Positions 45,868 to 53,962 of a stretch of 64,000 nucleotides of DNA are shown here, piece after piece (positions within the stretch are counted from its first letter, which is position 1; each line of letters starts with the position of its first letter). The stretch lies in contig CAWDSS010000010.1 of assembly GCA_963805065.1 (NCBI GenBank), positions 600,359 to 664,358 on the forward strand, given 5' to 3'. Origin of the DNA: Candidatus Omnitrophota bacterium (GTDB lineage: Bacteria > Omnitrophota > Gorgyraeia > Gygaellales > Profunditerraquicolaceae). The notes beneath the pieces were generated by a model that saw only the letters and a program-made list of their open reading frames with translations, was not told the DNA's origin and did not search any database. The position numbers and the translations under genes are program-made.

Positions 45868-47377
45868 TTTTATCAGACTCTGCTCCGCTAATTAATTGCG
45901 GGGTGAGAAAAATAACCAATTCTTTTCTGGGATTAGATTTCACCCGGCTTCCGAATAGGGCCCCTAAAATCGGAATCCTGGATAACACCGGCTCTCCGGT
46001 GATGGTATCCTGTTTTGTGTCTTGCATCAGCCCGGCAATCATAATCATTGTGCCGTCTTTGACCTTGACCACGGTTTCTGCCTGCGAGGTGTCTACAATG
46101 GGGATTTGGCTGCCGGCAGCTGTGGTGAGAACTGAAGCGACAGTACTTACCTCCGGTTTTATTTTCATGGTGATGTAACCGTCTTTACCGATGGTGGGGA
46201 CTACTTTTAATTTTACTCCCACATCAATAAATTGCACATTTTCTGAATTAACCGTGGTTGTCTGGGCCTGGCTTAAGGTTTCAGTTATATAGGCTTCTCT
46301 TGTCCCCACAAGTATTGTAGCCTCTTCTTTATTAACCGCGACTATGCGCGGAGAAGAAAGAATTTTTGTCTCACCATATTGCGCTAAAAAATTCATAACT
46401 GCAGTAAAGCTATTATGACCGACCGTCCCAATTGAAACCTGCTGATAGGAAGAAAGGGGTATCGTCCAATTTCCTACAAGGTCGAGGCCAGCCATCTTGG
46501 GATTGGTAAAAAGCTTTCCCCAGTTAATCCCACTAGACGTTGCATCAGTCAGGGTTACTTGTATAATTTCTCCGTTGATCAATACCTGGCGGCTTGCCTC
46601 ATCGAACTCTTTCATCAGCCTTGTGATTTTGGCTAATCTCTGCGGCAGGTCAGAGACAATTGCCTTACTGCTCCTATCGTCGATAATTACCTGGCCCACT
46701 CCCGGAGTAATCAATTCATTTAAATAGGATTTGATGTCGGCTGAGCGGGCGTAATTTATGTCAAACACAGCAGTCTGCAAAGGCTGGTCGAGCTCCTTTA
46801 TGGTCTGCTCAATCAGCGATAAAACAGGCGGGGAATCTGTTATGATAAGCGTCCCCGAAGGCTCATCAGAGATTATTTTTCCCGTTTGTGATTTTAGTGT
46901 CGAGATAATATTAGTTATGTTGGAGGGTTTGGCATAATTAAGCTTTATGGTTTTGGTTTCTTTTCTTTCGCCAAACTTGACGCCAAACGTTGCTTCATAC
47001 TCTTCCGGAGTCATTACCTTAATGAGATTACCTCTTTTCTCGTAGGCTAAATTCTGTTTCGTAATAATAACATCCAAGGCATCTTCAAAAGATAAATTAT
47101 TCACAAAAACACTGGCTACCCTGCCCTGGACACCGGGCGTCGTTATGATGGTCAATCCGCTTTTGGCAGAAAGCACTTTGAATAATTCGTTTATGTCTAC
47201 CCCTTGCAAATCCAGGGAAATTTTTTCTCCTTTTGCAAGTGGCACTTCTGGCGCGACAGTAGCTGGCATGGTGGCTGCCGGCTGGATTACAGTTGCAGTG
47301 GTAGAGGGAGTCTCTGCAGCATAACCAAAAACCGAAAACCAACAACCAATAACCAATAACAATATTTTTATCTTCAT
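45812..47377 (-). CDS. Secretin (GspD/PilQ/MshL family)
   Basis: Signal peptide MKIKILLLVIGCWFSVFGYA; N-domains; secretin domain SSPRIVAVNKEEATILVGT..., ITGEPVLSRIPILGALFG, ELVIFLTPQLI. Long stretches are near-identical to the downstream paralogue. Confidence 0.88.
   Translation of the reverse strand: MKIKILLLVIGCWFSVFGYAAETPSTTATVIQPAATMPATVAPEVPLAKGEKISLDLQGVDINELFKVLSAKSGLTIITTPGVQGRVASVFVNNLSFEDALDVIITKQNLAYEKRGNLIKVMTPEEYEATFGVKFGERKETKTIKLNYAKPSNITNIISTLKSQTGKIISDEPSGTLIITDSPPVLSLIEQTIKELDQPLQTAVFDINYARSADIKSYLNELITPGVGQVIIDDRSSKAIVSDLPQRLAKITRLMKEFDEASRQVLINGEIIQVTLTDATSSGINWGKLFTNPKMAGLDLVGNWTIPLSSYQQVSIGTVGHNSFTAVMNFLAQYGETKILSSPRIVAVNKEEATILVGTREAYITETLSQAQTTTVNSENVQFIDVGVKLKVVPTIGKDGYITMKIKPEVSTVASVLTTAAGSQIPIVDTSQAETVVKVKDGTMIMIAGLMQDTKQDTITGEPVLSRIPILGALFGSRVKSNPRKELVIFLTPQLISGAESDKSEEKIEVKNPNDKIPTSK
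47321..47360. repeat. AT-rich heptamer run (NNAACCN)x6 encoding a signal-peptide core
   Basis: ataacca aaaaccg aaaacca acaacca ataacca ataacaa, read on the minus strand as LLLVIGCWFSVFGY. Confidence 0.7.
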
Positions 47378-48025
47378 TTATCTTAACTCGTAATCCTTCA
47401 ATTTGCCTTCTCCCTCTATCTCTAAGATTACGGAGTTGTGTGTGACTTCTTTTACCTTAAGCTGCTGCTGGCCGAAAGTATCCCCCTTTTTTAAAAGGTA
47501 AGTCCGGTTTTCCTTGGAGTTTTCTACCATTGCCTCGGGATTCTTCGACCAGATAATTCCTACCAGTTTTACATCCTGAAATAATTGAGCGATATTAGGC
47601 GCCATTTCTGTCGGGCCGGTTGCCCTTATCTCAGGAGGCAAAAACATATTGCGCTTGCTAATTTCATTCAGGTATTCTTGTAGTCCTAAGAAGCTGTTTG
47701 CCTGCTGGATTACGCCCTTAGCAGGAGAGCCTCCTTTGCCAGAGGGGAAAATTAAATCCGCCCTGATTGCTCCTGGCCCGCTGATAAGGGCAATCAAAAA
47801 CAATAGAGTCAACAAGCCACAGACTACAAATAATCCCTTATTTATATTTTGCAGGTTCATCATGGCGCGAGGGTCAAACTTTCGGGGAAAAGAGAGGAAA
47901 CTAAAAGGCGTTCTGCCTTTTGGCTTCAAGCCTACTTTCTGAATAGGCTTAACACTAGATGTCCCTTCAATCAGTTTAAGTAATTTTTCGTCTGAGGTGC
48001 TTTTATCGGTCATTTTGTCTGTCAT
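47378..48025 (-). CDS. PilP/GspC-like secretin-associated membrane protein
   Basis: One TM helix (GLFVVCGLLTLLFLIALI) and a C-terminal beta domain VKLVGIIWSKNPEAMVENSKENRTYLLKKGDTFGQQQLKVKEVTHNSVILE, resembling the PilP/GspC HR-domain pattern. It abuts the secretin start. Confidence 0.45.
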   Translation of the reverse strand: MTDKMTDKSTSDEKLLKLIEGTSSVKPIQKVGLKPKGRTPFSFLSFPRKFDPRAMMNLQNINKGLFVVCGLLTLLFLIALISGPGAIRADLIFPSGKGGSPAKGVIQQANSFLGLQEYLNEISKRNMFLPPEIRATGPTEMAPNIAQLFQDVKLVGIIWSKNPEAMVENSKENRTYLLKKGDTFGQQQLKVKEVTHNSVILEIEGEGKLKDYELR

Positions 48026-48843
48026 ATAATACTCTTGGTTATTAATTCGCGTATTAGTGCCGCATCTACCACGGTCTTATCTTCCGCCAGAAGGGTGCGC
48101 AGCGCATTATGGCAGATTAAATTAATCCTCCTGGGGTAACCCTGGCTATAACGATAAATCTCGCTCACCGCCTCATCCGTAAATAATTTTAAGTCCGAAT
48201 TAAACCCTGCCTGCCTTAACCTAAACTCAATCATATCCCTGGTTTCCTGTTCATCAAAAGGGTTAAGCACGTATTTTAAGACTATCCGGTCGAAGAAATT
48301 TTTTATGCCTTTTATTACCGGTAATAATTCCATTTGTGACAACAAAACTAACTGTAATAATTTATATTCGTTGGTTTCATAATTTAATAAGACGCGTAAC
48401 ACCTCTAAAGACATAGGGTTAAGTTTTTGTGCCTCATCAATGACTAAAACCACGGTTTTATTTTCTTCCGCAGCTTTCTGGAATAAATATTTCTTAATTG
48501 CCTCCTTGTAATCAAGGATGTTGGCTCCCGCAGAAATTTCTTGTATATTAAAAGCTCTTACCAGCGACTCTAAAAATAGCTCTTCGCTTCCGGCAGTAGG
48601 GTCCATAATCATAAAAAAGAGGATATCCGGCCTTTCCTTTAACATCTGGAATAATTTTCTAGAAAGCGTGGTTTTTCCTGTGCCTACATCTCCTAATATA
48701 AGGCTTAAGCCCCTGCGCAGCCTAATTTCCACCAAAAGCCGCATCAGCGCTGCCCTGTGTTCATAGGAATCGTAAAAGAATTCCGGATCAGGGCTTGATG
48801 AAAAAGGTTCTTTTTTTAGTCCGAGGATCGTGTAATAGCTCAT
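48022..48843 (-). CDS. ExeA/GspA/MshM-like AAA ATPase
   Basis: N-terminal YYTILGLKKEPFSSSPDPEFFYDSYEHRAAL, Walker A GDVGTGKTTL, Walker B VVLVIDEAQ. Confidence 0.8.
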   Translation of the reverse strand: MSYYTILGLKKEPFSSSPDPEFFYDSYEHRAALMRLLVEIRLRRGLSLILGDVGTGKTTLSRKLFQMLKERPDILFFMIMDPTAGSEELFLESLVRAFNIQEISAGANILDYKEAIKKYLFQKAAEENKTVVLVIDEAQKLNPMSLEVLRVLLNYETNEYKLLQLVLLSQMELLPVIKGIKNFFDRIVLKYVLNPFDEQETRDMIEFRLRQAGFNSDLKLFTDEAVSEIYRYSQGYPRRINLICHNALRTLLAEDKTVVDAALIRELITKSII

Positions 48844-48844
48844 T

Positions 48845-49099
48845 TTATTTCTTCCTCAGCATGTCGCGGATTAATTTTAGCGAATAGCCCTGATTTTTGA
48901 ACTTCGTCACAGCGTCAAGGCAGCGCCGGACTTCGCCTGCTTTGTATAGCCGGCTGTTACCGATTTTCTTTCGTACCATCAATAGCCCAAGGTTAGTGTA
49001 ATAATTAACGGTCTGGTAGGAAAGATTATGGATCCTGGTGATGTCCTGCGTAGAAATCAAACCTTTGCTCATTGAGCCTCCTTTTTGAAATTGAAGCAA
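48845..49099 (-). CDS. Small MerR/excisionase-type HTH DNA-binding protein
   Basis: 84 aa. ISTQDITRIHNLSYQTVNYYTNLGLL is a MerR-like HTH. It is the first gene of the secretin operon. Confidence 0.55.
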   Translation of the reverse strand: MLQFQKGGSMSKGLISTQDITRIHNLSYQTVNYYTNLGLLMVRKKIGNSRLYKAGEVRRCLDAVTKFKNQGYSLKLIRDMLRKK

Positions 49100-49102
49100 A
49101 AT

Positions 49103-49165
49103 AAATGGGGACGTTTCTATTTTTAATGTTTATTAATCAGCAGAAAAATAGAAACGTCCCCATTT
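49103..49165. repeat. REP doublet (TGGGG/CCCCA variant)
   Basis: AAATGGGGACGTTTCTATTTTT...AAAAATAGAAACGTCCCCATTT. The variant is shared with the RAYT-adjacent copy at 4395-4453. Confidence 0.9.
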
Positions 49166-49225
49166 ATTTTTGGGCCTCATTTTTAGCTTAGGGTAGTTAT
49201 AGTAAGTGCTATAATATTATAGTAA

Positions 49226-49254
49226 ATCATATATAAAATTATATGTTTTGTCAA
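49226..49254 (-). promoter_or_regulatory. Candidate sigma70-type promoter (TTGACA-17 nt-TATGAT) for the MerR-like/ExeA/secretin operon
   Basis: On the minus strand, TTGACA (49254-49249), a 17-nt spacer and TATGAT (49231-49226) lie in a 235-nt non-coding AT-rich region ~130 nt upstream of the first gene. The AT-rich context makes a chance match possible. Confidence 0.35.
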
Positions 49255-49400
49255 GAACTATTTTACATTTACTGGCTTAATTTTCCGTCGGGAAATTGCT
49301 ATTTCTTAGGCTTTTTGGTAAGGTTTTTTAGGTAAGATAACGAATTATCGTAACTTCAATAAAATTAATAACTTTTGCTTCTGTTAAAATCTAAAGCGGC

Positions 49401-50888
49401 TTAGAATTTAAACTCCAGGGCTAATTCCACCTGGAAGGCGGGGTCGGCTGAACCATCCCCCCGCACAAAAGGAGTTAAGAGGCTGCCATCCGTATCGTCT
49501 CTTTCCTCTTGGTAGAACTCACCCGGCCAAAAATACCCTCCCAAGAGGCTAATCAGGATATTTTCGTTAATTTTGTAATCAATGAACAGGTCGGTTTCCC
49601 AGCCTAAATCGCGCGAAAGGTATTTTGCCTCTTCCTCATACATCCCGGCACCCCTTTCAAAGGAGCTTAAATAATATTCGTAAATACCCAAAGTCAATTT
49701 CTCGGTTGCAAGATAATCAAATCCTATGCAGGGCAGAATTATATTTTCAAAATCTCCCACTGAAAAGGTTTTTGGCCTGGGTACTCCGTAATTTAAACCG
49801 TACCCTCCTCCCATCGCCACAATGGGAAGCATGTCTGAATTATTGCTGCTGATTGAATCTCCTAAATTTTTATTCATCGGAGAATAGTAACTAAACGCCC
49901 TGTTCTTTGCGCTGGTTAAACTTGTGTCACGGCCCCTCACTGCATCCAAAGTTACTTTATTGCCGGAACAGGCTAAAACTTTCGCCGATGGAATAAACTT
50001 ACCTGTTTTATAGCTTAGCCCTGAGTATATTAAATAGCCCGTGTGAGAAATATCTTTAAATTCTGGATCGCTACTTTTAGCTCTGCCAAAATTATGCGCC
50101 GCTTCAAAATTAAAAGTCAGTTTGTTAATCGTTGTATCCCAGGCCAGCCCCACTGTGCCTAAAATATCCTGTTTTATGGGGGCGCTAAATAAGTTATCCC
50201 TTTTGTCGGGAGACGTGTAATCAACCAAAGCTCCGATATAGGGCTGTAATGAGTTTTCACCTATTTTAAATTTTGCATCCGTGGCAAAAAAATTAGCGGC
50301 GTTAGGCTCATAAACAATCCCTTGTTCTTTTTCCTGATGGATAGCCGGCCCCAGCCGGTATTTATGCTCGAGGTCAGGCCGGCAATAATAGAACCTCCAG
50401 CAAAAATCCTGCGATTCGCGCGATAAAGTAAACCCGATGTTTTCGTATCCGCCGTTTAGGCTAAAGCCGTTTCCTACTGTATAAGCATAAAGCCCTGCTT
50501 TAAATTTAAGGTAGTCAAATAACGGCGTCTCCATCCACAATTCCTCAAGCGCTGGCAAAAGTTCTTCATCGCGATACTTTTCAATAACTCCGCCTGAAGT
50601 CATGAGGGTATTATGTATAAAGAGAGGCGCGTCGTAATCATAGGGTCCGTTTCTTTCCAATTTTAAATAAAATTTGCTGGGGTTATTTTTTAAATCCAGA
50701 TTAAAACCTAAACTGTAGTCAATGCCTAGATACACCGTGGAATCGTCTTTGTTTTTATTATCCAGGCTGGTGACGTTCTTAAAAGTCATCAAATCATTCC
50801 TTAGGTAGGTGTTCATGATTAAGCTGAAATTATCTGTTTCTAACAAAGGCGCGGCATAACAGGCAGGAGCCCAAAAAAATAAGAGCAC
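49401..50888 (-). CDS. Putative outer-membrane beta-barrel protein (porin-like)
   Basis: 495 aa with a signal-like N-terminus (LLFFWAPACYA), alternating amphipathic beta-strand pattern rich in Y/G/N/D, and a C-terminal ...LALEFKF aromatic terminus typical of OMPs. Family not identified. Confidence 0.4.
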   Translation of the reverse strand: MLLFFWAPACYAAPLLETDNFSLIMNTYLRNDLMTFKNVTSLDNKNKDDSTVYLGIDYSLGFNLDLKNNPSKFYLKLERNGPYDYDAPLFIHNTLMTSGGVIEKYRDEELLPALEELWMETPLFDYLKFKAGLYAYTVGNGFSLNGGYENIGFTLSRESQDFCWRFYYCRPDLEHKYRLGPAIHQEKEQGIVYEPNAANFFATDAKFKIGENSLQPYIGALVDYTSPDKRDNLFSAPIKQDILGTVGLAWDTTINKLTFNFEAAHNFGRAKSSDPEFKDISHTGYLIYSGLSYKTGKFIPSAKVLACSGNKVTLDAVRGRDTSLTSAKNRAFSYYSPMNKNLGDSISSNNSDMLPIVAMGGGYGLNYGVPRPKTFSVGDFENIILPCIGFDYLATEKLTLGIYEYYLSSFERGAGMYEEEAKYLSRDLGWETDLFIDYKINENILISLLGGYFWPGEFYQEERDDTDGSLLTPFVRGDGSADPAFQVELALEFKF

Positions 50889-50910
50889 TCCTATAAAGAG
50901 TGCCCTTATC

Positions 50911-50989
50911 TGGCGGGGTCGACGAGATTTGAACTCGCGGTCTCCACCGTGACAGGGTGGCGTGCTAGACCAGGCTACACCACGACCCC
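50911..50989 (-). tRNA. tRNA-Asp (anticodon GTC)
   Basis: Reverse complement GGGGTCGTGGTGTAGCCTGGTCTAGCACGCCACCCTGTCACGGTGGAGACCGCGAGTTCAAATCTCGTCGACCCCGCCA. Anticodon stem CCACC/GGTGG with loop CTGTCAC; GTTCAAATC T-loop; CCA encoded. Confidence 0.9.
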
Positions 50990-51053
50990 TTAAAAATTGC
51001 GGGAGATTAATTTTAACTTAAAACCCCCTTATTAGCAATAAGTTTTTTGGCAA

Positions 51054-52871
51054 TCACTTGCCCAAAGACGCTTCTGCGCGTTCAAGATTCGAGCGCGCTT
51101 CTGGTGAATCCGGCTTAAGCTGGAGCGCTTTTTTGTAAAGCACAATGGCTTCGGGAAAACGGCCGTTTGTAGCATAGGCGTTTCCCAAATTAATATTAGC
51201 CTCAACAGAATCAGGGTTTAATTCTGCTACTTTTTTAAAGGCTGCTAATGCTTCCTCCTGCCTTCCTGTCATAGCATAAGCTATACCTGTGTCATTATAT
51301 GCAGCGAGAAGCTCCGGATTGAGCTCTAATGCTTTTTTGTCATATTCTATTGCCTCAGCGTATTTACCCTGGCGCAGATACGCATTGCCTAGATTGTAAT
51401 AAGAGCCGCTGTCTTTGGGGTCGCGCTTTATAGCATCTTGGAATAACGCAATCGCTTCTTCTATGTGGCCGGAATTTAAATAGCTCATGCCTAAATTATC
51501 CTGGGAATTAACAAACCGTTTATCCGACTCATTGGCTTTTTTAAATAATTCTGCTGCTTCGCTATTACGCCCCATATGCATATACTCCATGCCTAAACCA
51601 TTAAGTATGCGGGGACTGGTTGTATACTTAAGCGTGCGCTCGTAAAAATACAAAGGTTCGCTCCAGTAACGGTTTTGTTGTATAGTGCGCACTGCGTAAA
51701 ATAACCCTGCAACAATGGCAACAGTTAGTACTGTCCTACTTAATTGCGGCTTTCGATAAAAAACCAATCCTTCATGCGCCGCTAATAAAAAGAATCCTAT
51801 GGAAGGCAGGTATAACCAGTGCTCTGCCATATAGACCTGGACAGGATAAAGATTGGCAACAGGCAGAAGCCCGACGAAAAACCAGAGGATGGCAAACGAT
51901 ACTACTTTATTAGTCTTAAGCGACCTTATTGCCCAAATGATTGCCGCTGCTGTAATCAGAAATCCCAGGATAACCTCCGGGTGCGTATAAGGGAACCAGG
52001 AAATGCCGTATTCCATATGTAAATTAAACGGCGCTATCAGAAGTTTTAAATATTCTGCGGCTGCAAGAAATGAGCCAGGCAGGCGCTGAAGAAGCGTCGA
52101 GGAATAAACAAATTCCGGGTGAAAAGGCTTTAGAACCGTCGAGCGCAGCAAAATATATATAGTCGATATAATTACAACCGCCCAAAATCTTTTAAGCTTA
52201 ATTTTTTCTTTGAAAACGAAATGGTACAACAAAAGCAAGCAGGGAAAAATTATGCTGCCTTCGCGGGATAAAAGTGCCGCGCAGTAACATATAACCAGCG
52301 CGATAAAAGAAAACGTGTTTTTTTCTTTGCGCTTATTAAGATAGGCGATAAAGGCTAAAACAATAAATAATAGCGACAAAGGATCTGCCCTGCCGGCAAT
52401 GTAACTGACTGCCTCGGTATGAATGGGATGAATTTCAAAAAATACAGCTGTCAGGATGGCTAAAAGAAAATCGCTAAAAAGCAGATAAACCAAAGCAAAA
52501 ATACCAAGTGTTGCCCCGATATGAATTAATACATTCGTCAGATGATAACCGACTATGTTTTGCCGCCAGACAGAATAATCTAACATATAAGTCATCATTT
52601 GTAGCGGCCGATAAGAGCTGCTTTTTTGTCCGGTGCCTGCGCCGATATCTCCTGTGAAAAGTTTTCCTATATTGCTTAAGCTCTTGATGCGGGGATTGGC
52701 TTGGATTAAATATTCATCATCCCAAATGAAGCTGCCTTTAAGAGAATTCAGATAGCAAATAGCTCCCAGGATAATAATGGCTAAAACTGCCGGCCAAAGC
52801 TGTTTTCGGCTTGCCGGAATAGGTTTATGCTTTTGATTGTTCATGTAGAATGTTTTTTGTAATAGGGCCAA
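51054..52871 (-). CDS. TMTC-like membrane protein: polytopic GT-C-like N-terminal domain plus C-terminal TPR repeats
   Basis: About 10 TM segments with FIWDDEYLIQANPRI near the first loop, as in TPR-containing putative O-mannosyltransferases. The C-terminal ~200 aa contain at least 5 TPR units (YYNLGNAYLRQGKYAEAIEYDKKALELNP etc.). Confidence 0.6.
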   Translation of the reverse strand: MALLQKTFYMNNQKHKPIPASRKQLWPAVLAIIILGAICYLNSLKGSFIWDDEYLIQANPRIKSLSNIGKLFTGDIGAGTGQKSSSYRPLQMMTYMLDYSVWRQNIVGYHLTNVLIHIGATLGIFALVYLLFSDFLLAILTAVFFEIHPIHTEAVSYIAGRADPLSLLFIVLAFIAYLNKRKEKNTFSFIALVICYCAALLSREGSIIFPCLLLLYHFVFKEKIKLKRFWAVVIISTIYILLRSTVLKPFHPEFVYSSTLLQRLPGSFLAAAEYLKLLIAPFNLHMEYGISWFPYTHPEVILGFLITAAAIIWAIRSLKTNKVVSFAILWFFVGLLPVANLYPVQVYMAEHWLYLPSIGFFLLAAHEGLVFYRKPQLSRTVLTVAIVAGLFYAVRTIQQNRYWSEPLYFYERTLKYTTSPRILNGLGMEYMHMGRNSEAAELFKKANESDKRFVNSQDNLGMSYLNSGHIEEAIALFQDAIKRDPKDSGSYYNLGNAYLRQGKYAEAIEYDKKALELNPELLAAYNDTGIAYAMTGRQEEALAAFKKVAELNPDSVEANINLGNAYATNGRFPEAIVLYKKALQLKPDSPEARSNLERAEASLGK

Positions 52872-52888
52872 ACGGTGAGACTCAAAAC

Positions 52889-52966
52889 TGGTGGGCGGTA
52901 CTGGACTTGAACCAGTAAACCTCTTGAATGTAAATCAAGCGCGCTAACCAATTGCGCCAACCGCCC
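52889..52966 (-). tRNA. tRNA-Val (anticodon TAC)
   Basis: Reverse complement GGGCGGTTGGCGCAATTGGTTAGCGCGCTTGATTTACATTCAAGAGGTTTACTGGTTCAAGTCCAGTACCGCCCACCA. Anticodon stem CTTGA/TCAAG with loop TTTACAT; CCA encoded. Confidence 0.9.
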
Positions 52967-53016
52967 CCAATTATGTATTATAAATACAAAGGCTTAAGAG
53001 GTCAATCCTCTCATTC

Positions 53017-53180
53017 TTAATGTCAAATGCCAAAGTACAAAATTCAAAATAAAGGGGACGTTTCTATTTTTAACGTTTCCTAATCAGAAGAAAAATAGAA
53101 ACGTCCCCTTTTCTTTGGTTGTCGAATTACTTAGATTAAGGGATTTATTTTGACGTTGGGATTTTGTCATTTGACATTTT
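53017..53180. mobile_element. Composite MITE-like element (TIR AATGTCAAATGMCAAA ... TTTGTCATTTGACATT around a REP doublet)
   Basis: The terminal inverted repeats ttaatgtcaaatgccaaag / ttttgtcatttgacatttt are reverse complements. The internal REP doublet is at 53051-53112. Confidence 0.7.
53051..53112. repeat. REP doublet
   Basis: Same arms; core of the composite element at 53017-53180. Confidence 0.9.
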
Positions 53181-53185
53181 ATAGT

Positions 53186-53872
53186 TTATAATTCCTCTAC
53201 TGCTTTTAGCGGATCCTTTGCTTCTAATATGGGCCTGCCTACGACGAGAAAATCGCTGCCTGCTTTAATTGCCGACTTTGAGGTTGTAATTCTTTGCTGA
53301 TCATCGCTTGCGGATTTCACCGGCCTTATCCCAGGAGTTATTGCAATAAATTTTTTGCGGATGTTTCGCTTTAAGCCGGAAACTTCTTGAGCCGAACAGA
53401 CAACCCCGTCTAAACCGCAAGCCAAACCTGTTTTTGCCAATTTCAGGACCTCACCTGGCCTGGTTTCTTTGCTGGTTAATACCGTAACCCCGATTAACAG
53501 CGGCCTTCTTGCCTTAAGCCGCCTTGCTTCCTGTTTTGCTGCCCTTACTGCCTGCCTTAGCATTTCTTCTCCTCCTGAAATATGCAAGGTGAGCATCTTG
53601 ACTTTAAGGCGGGTTGCCTGACGCACGGCATTAGCAACGGTATTGGGGATATCATAAAATTTTAAATCCAAAAACACTTCTGCGTGCTTCTTATGTAAAA
53701 AATCAATTATTTTATGTCCGCAGGCGGCAAAAATCTGTGAACCCACTTTAAATATTCTTATCTTCGGGTAAAGCTTATTGATGAAATATTTTGCTTTTTT
53801 AAAATTATCCACATCTAAGGCTAGGATTATCCTGTTCTTGAGTTCTTGAGTTCTTGAGTTCTTGACTTTCAT
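53186..53872 (-). CDS. pyrF: Orotidine 5'-phosphate decarboxylase
   Basis: IILALDV, FKVG, FLDLKFYDIPNTV, GVTVLTS, VVGRPI motifs. N-terminal codons 4-13 are encoded by heptamer array 53834-53866. Confidence 0.9.
   Translation of the reverse strand: MKVKNSRTQELKNRIILALDVDNFKKAKYFINKLYPKIRIFKVGSQIFAACGHKIIDFLHKKHAEVFLDLKFYDIPNTVANAVRQATRLKVKMLTLHISGGEEMLRQAVRAAKQEARRLKARRPLLIGVTVLTSKETRPGEVLKLAKTGLACGLDGVVCSAQEVSGLKRNIRKKFIAITPGIRPVKSASDDQQRITTSKSAIKAGSDFLVVGRPILEAKDPLKAVEEL
53834..53866. repeat. Heptamer run (GAGTTCT)x4 at the 5' end of pyrF
   Basis: gttcttgagttcttgagttcttgagttcttgac, read as KNSRTQELKNR. Confidence 0.85.
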
Positions 53873-53892
53873 ATTATTATCTACTTAGTGTC

Positions 53893-53954
53893 TTTGCGAG
53901 CAAAGCGAAGCAATCTCATTTGGGATTGCTTCGGCACTTCGTGCCTCGCAATGA
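53893..53954. repeat. Imperfect 62-nt palindrome in the pyrD-pyrF spacer
   Basis: tttgcgagcaaagcgaagcaatc-tcatttgg-gattgcttcggcacttcgtgcctcgcaa. Single copy in this window and unrelated to the other families. Confidence 0.7.
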
Positions 53955-53962
53955 CGGCTGCC

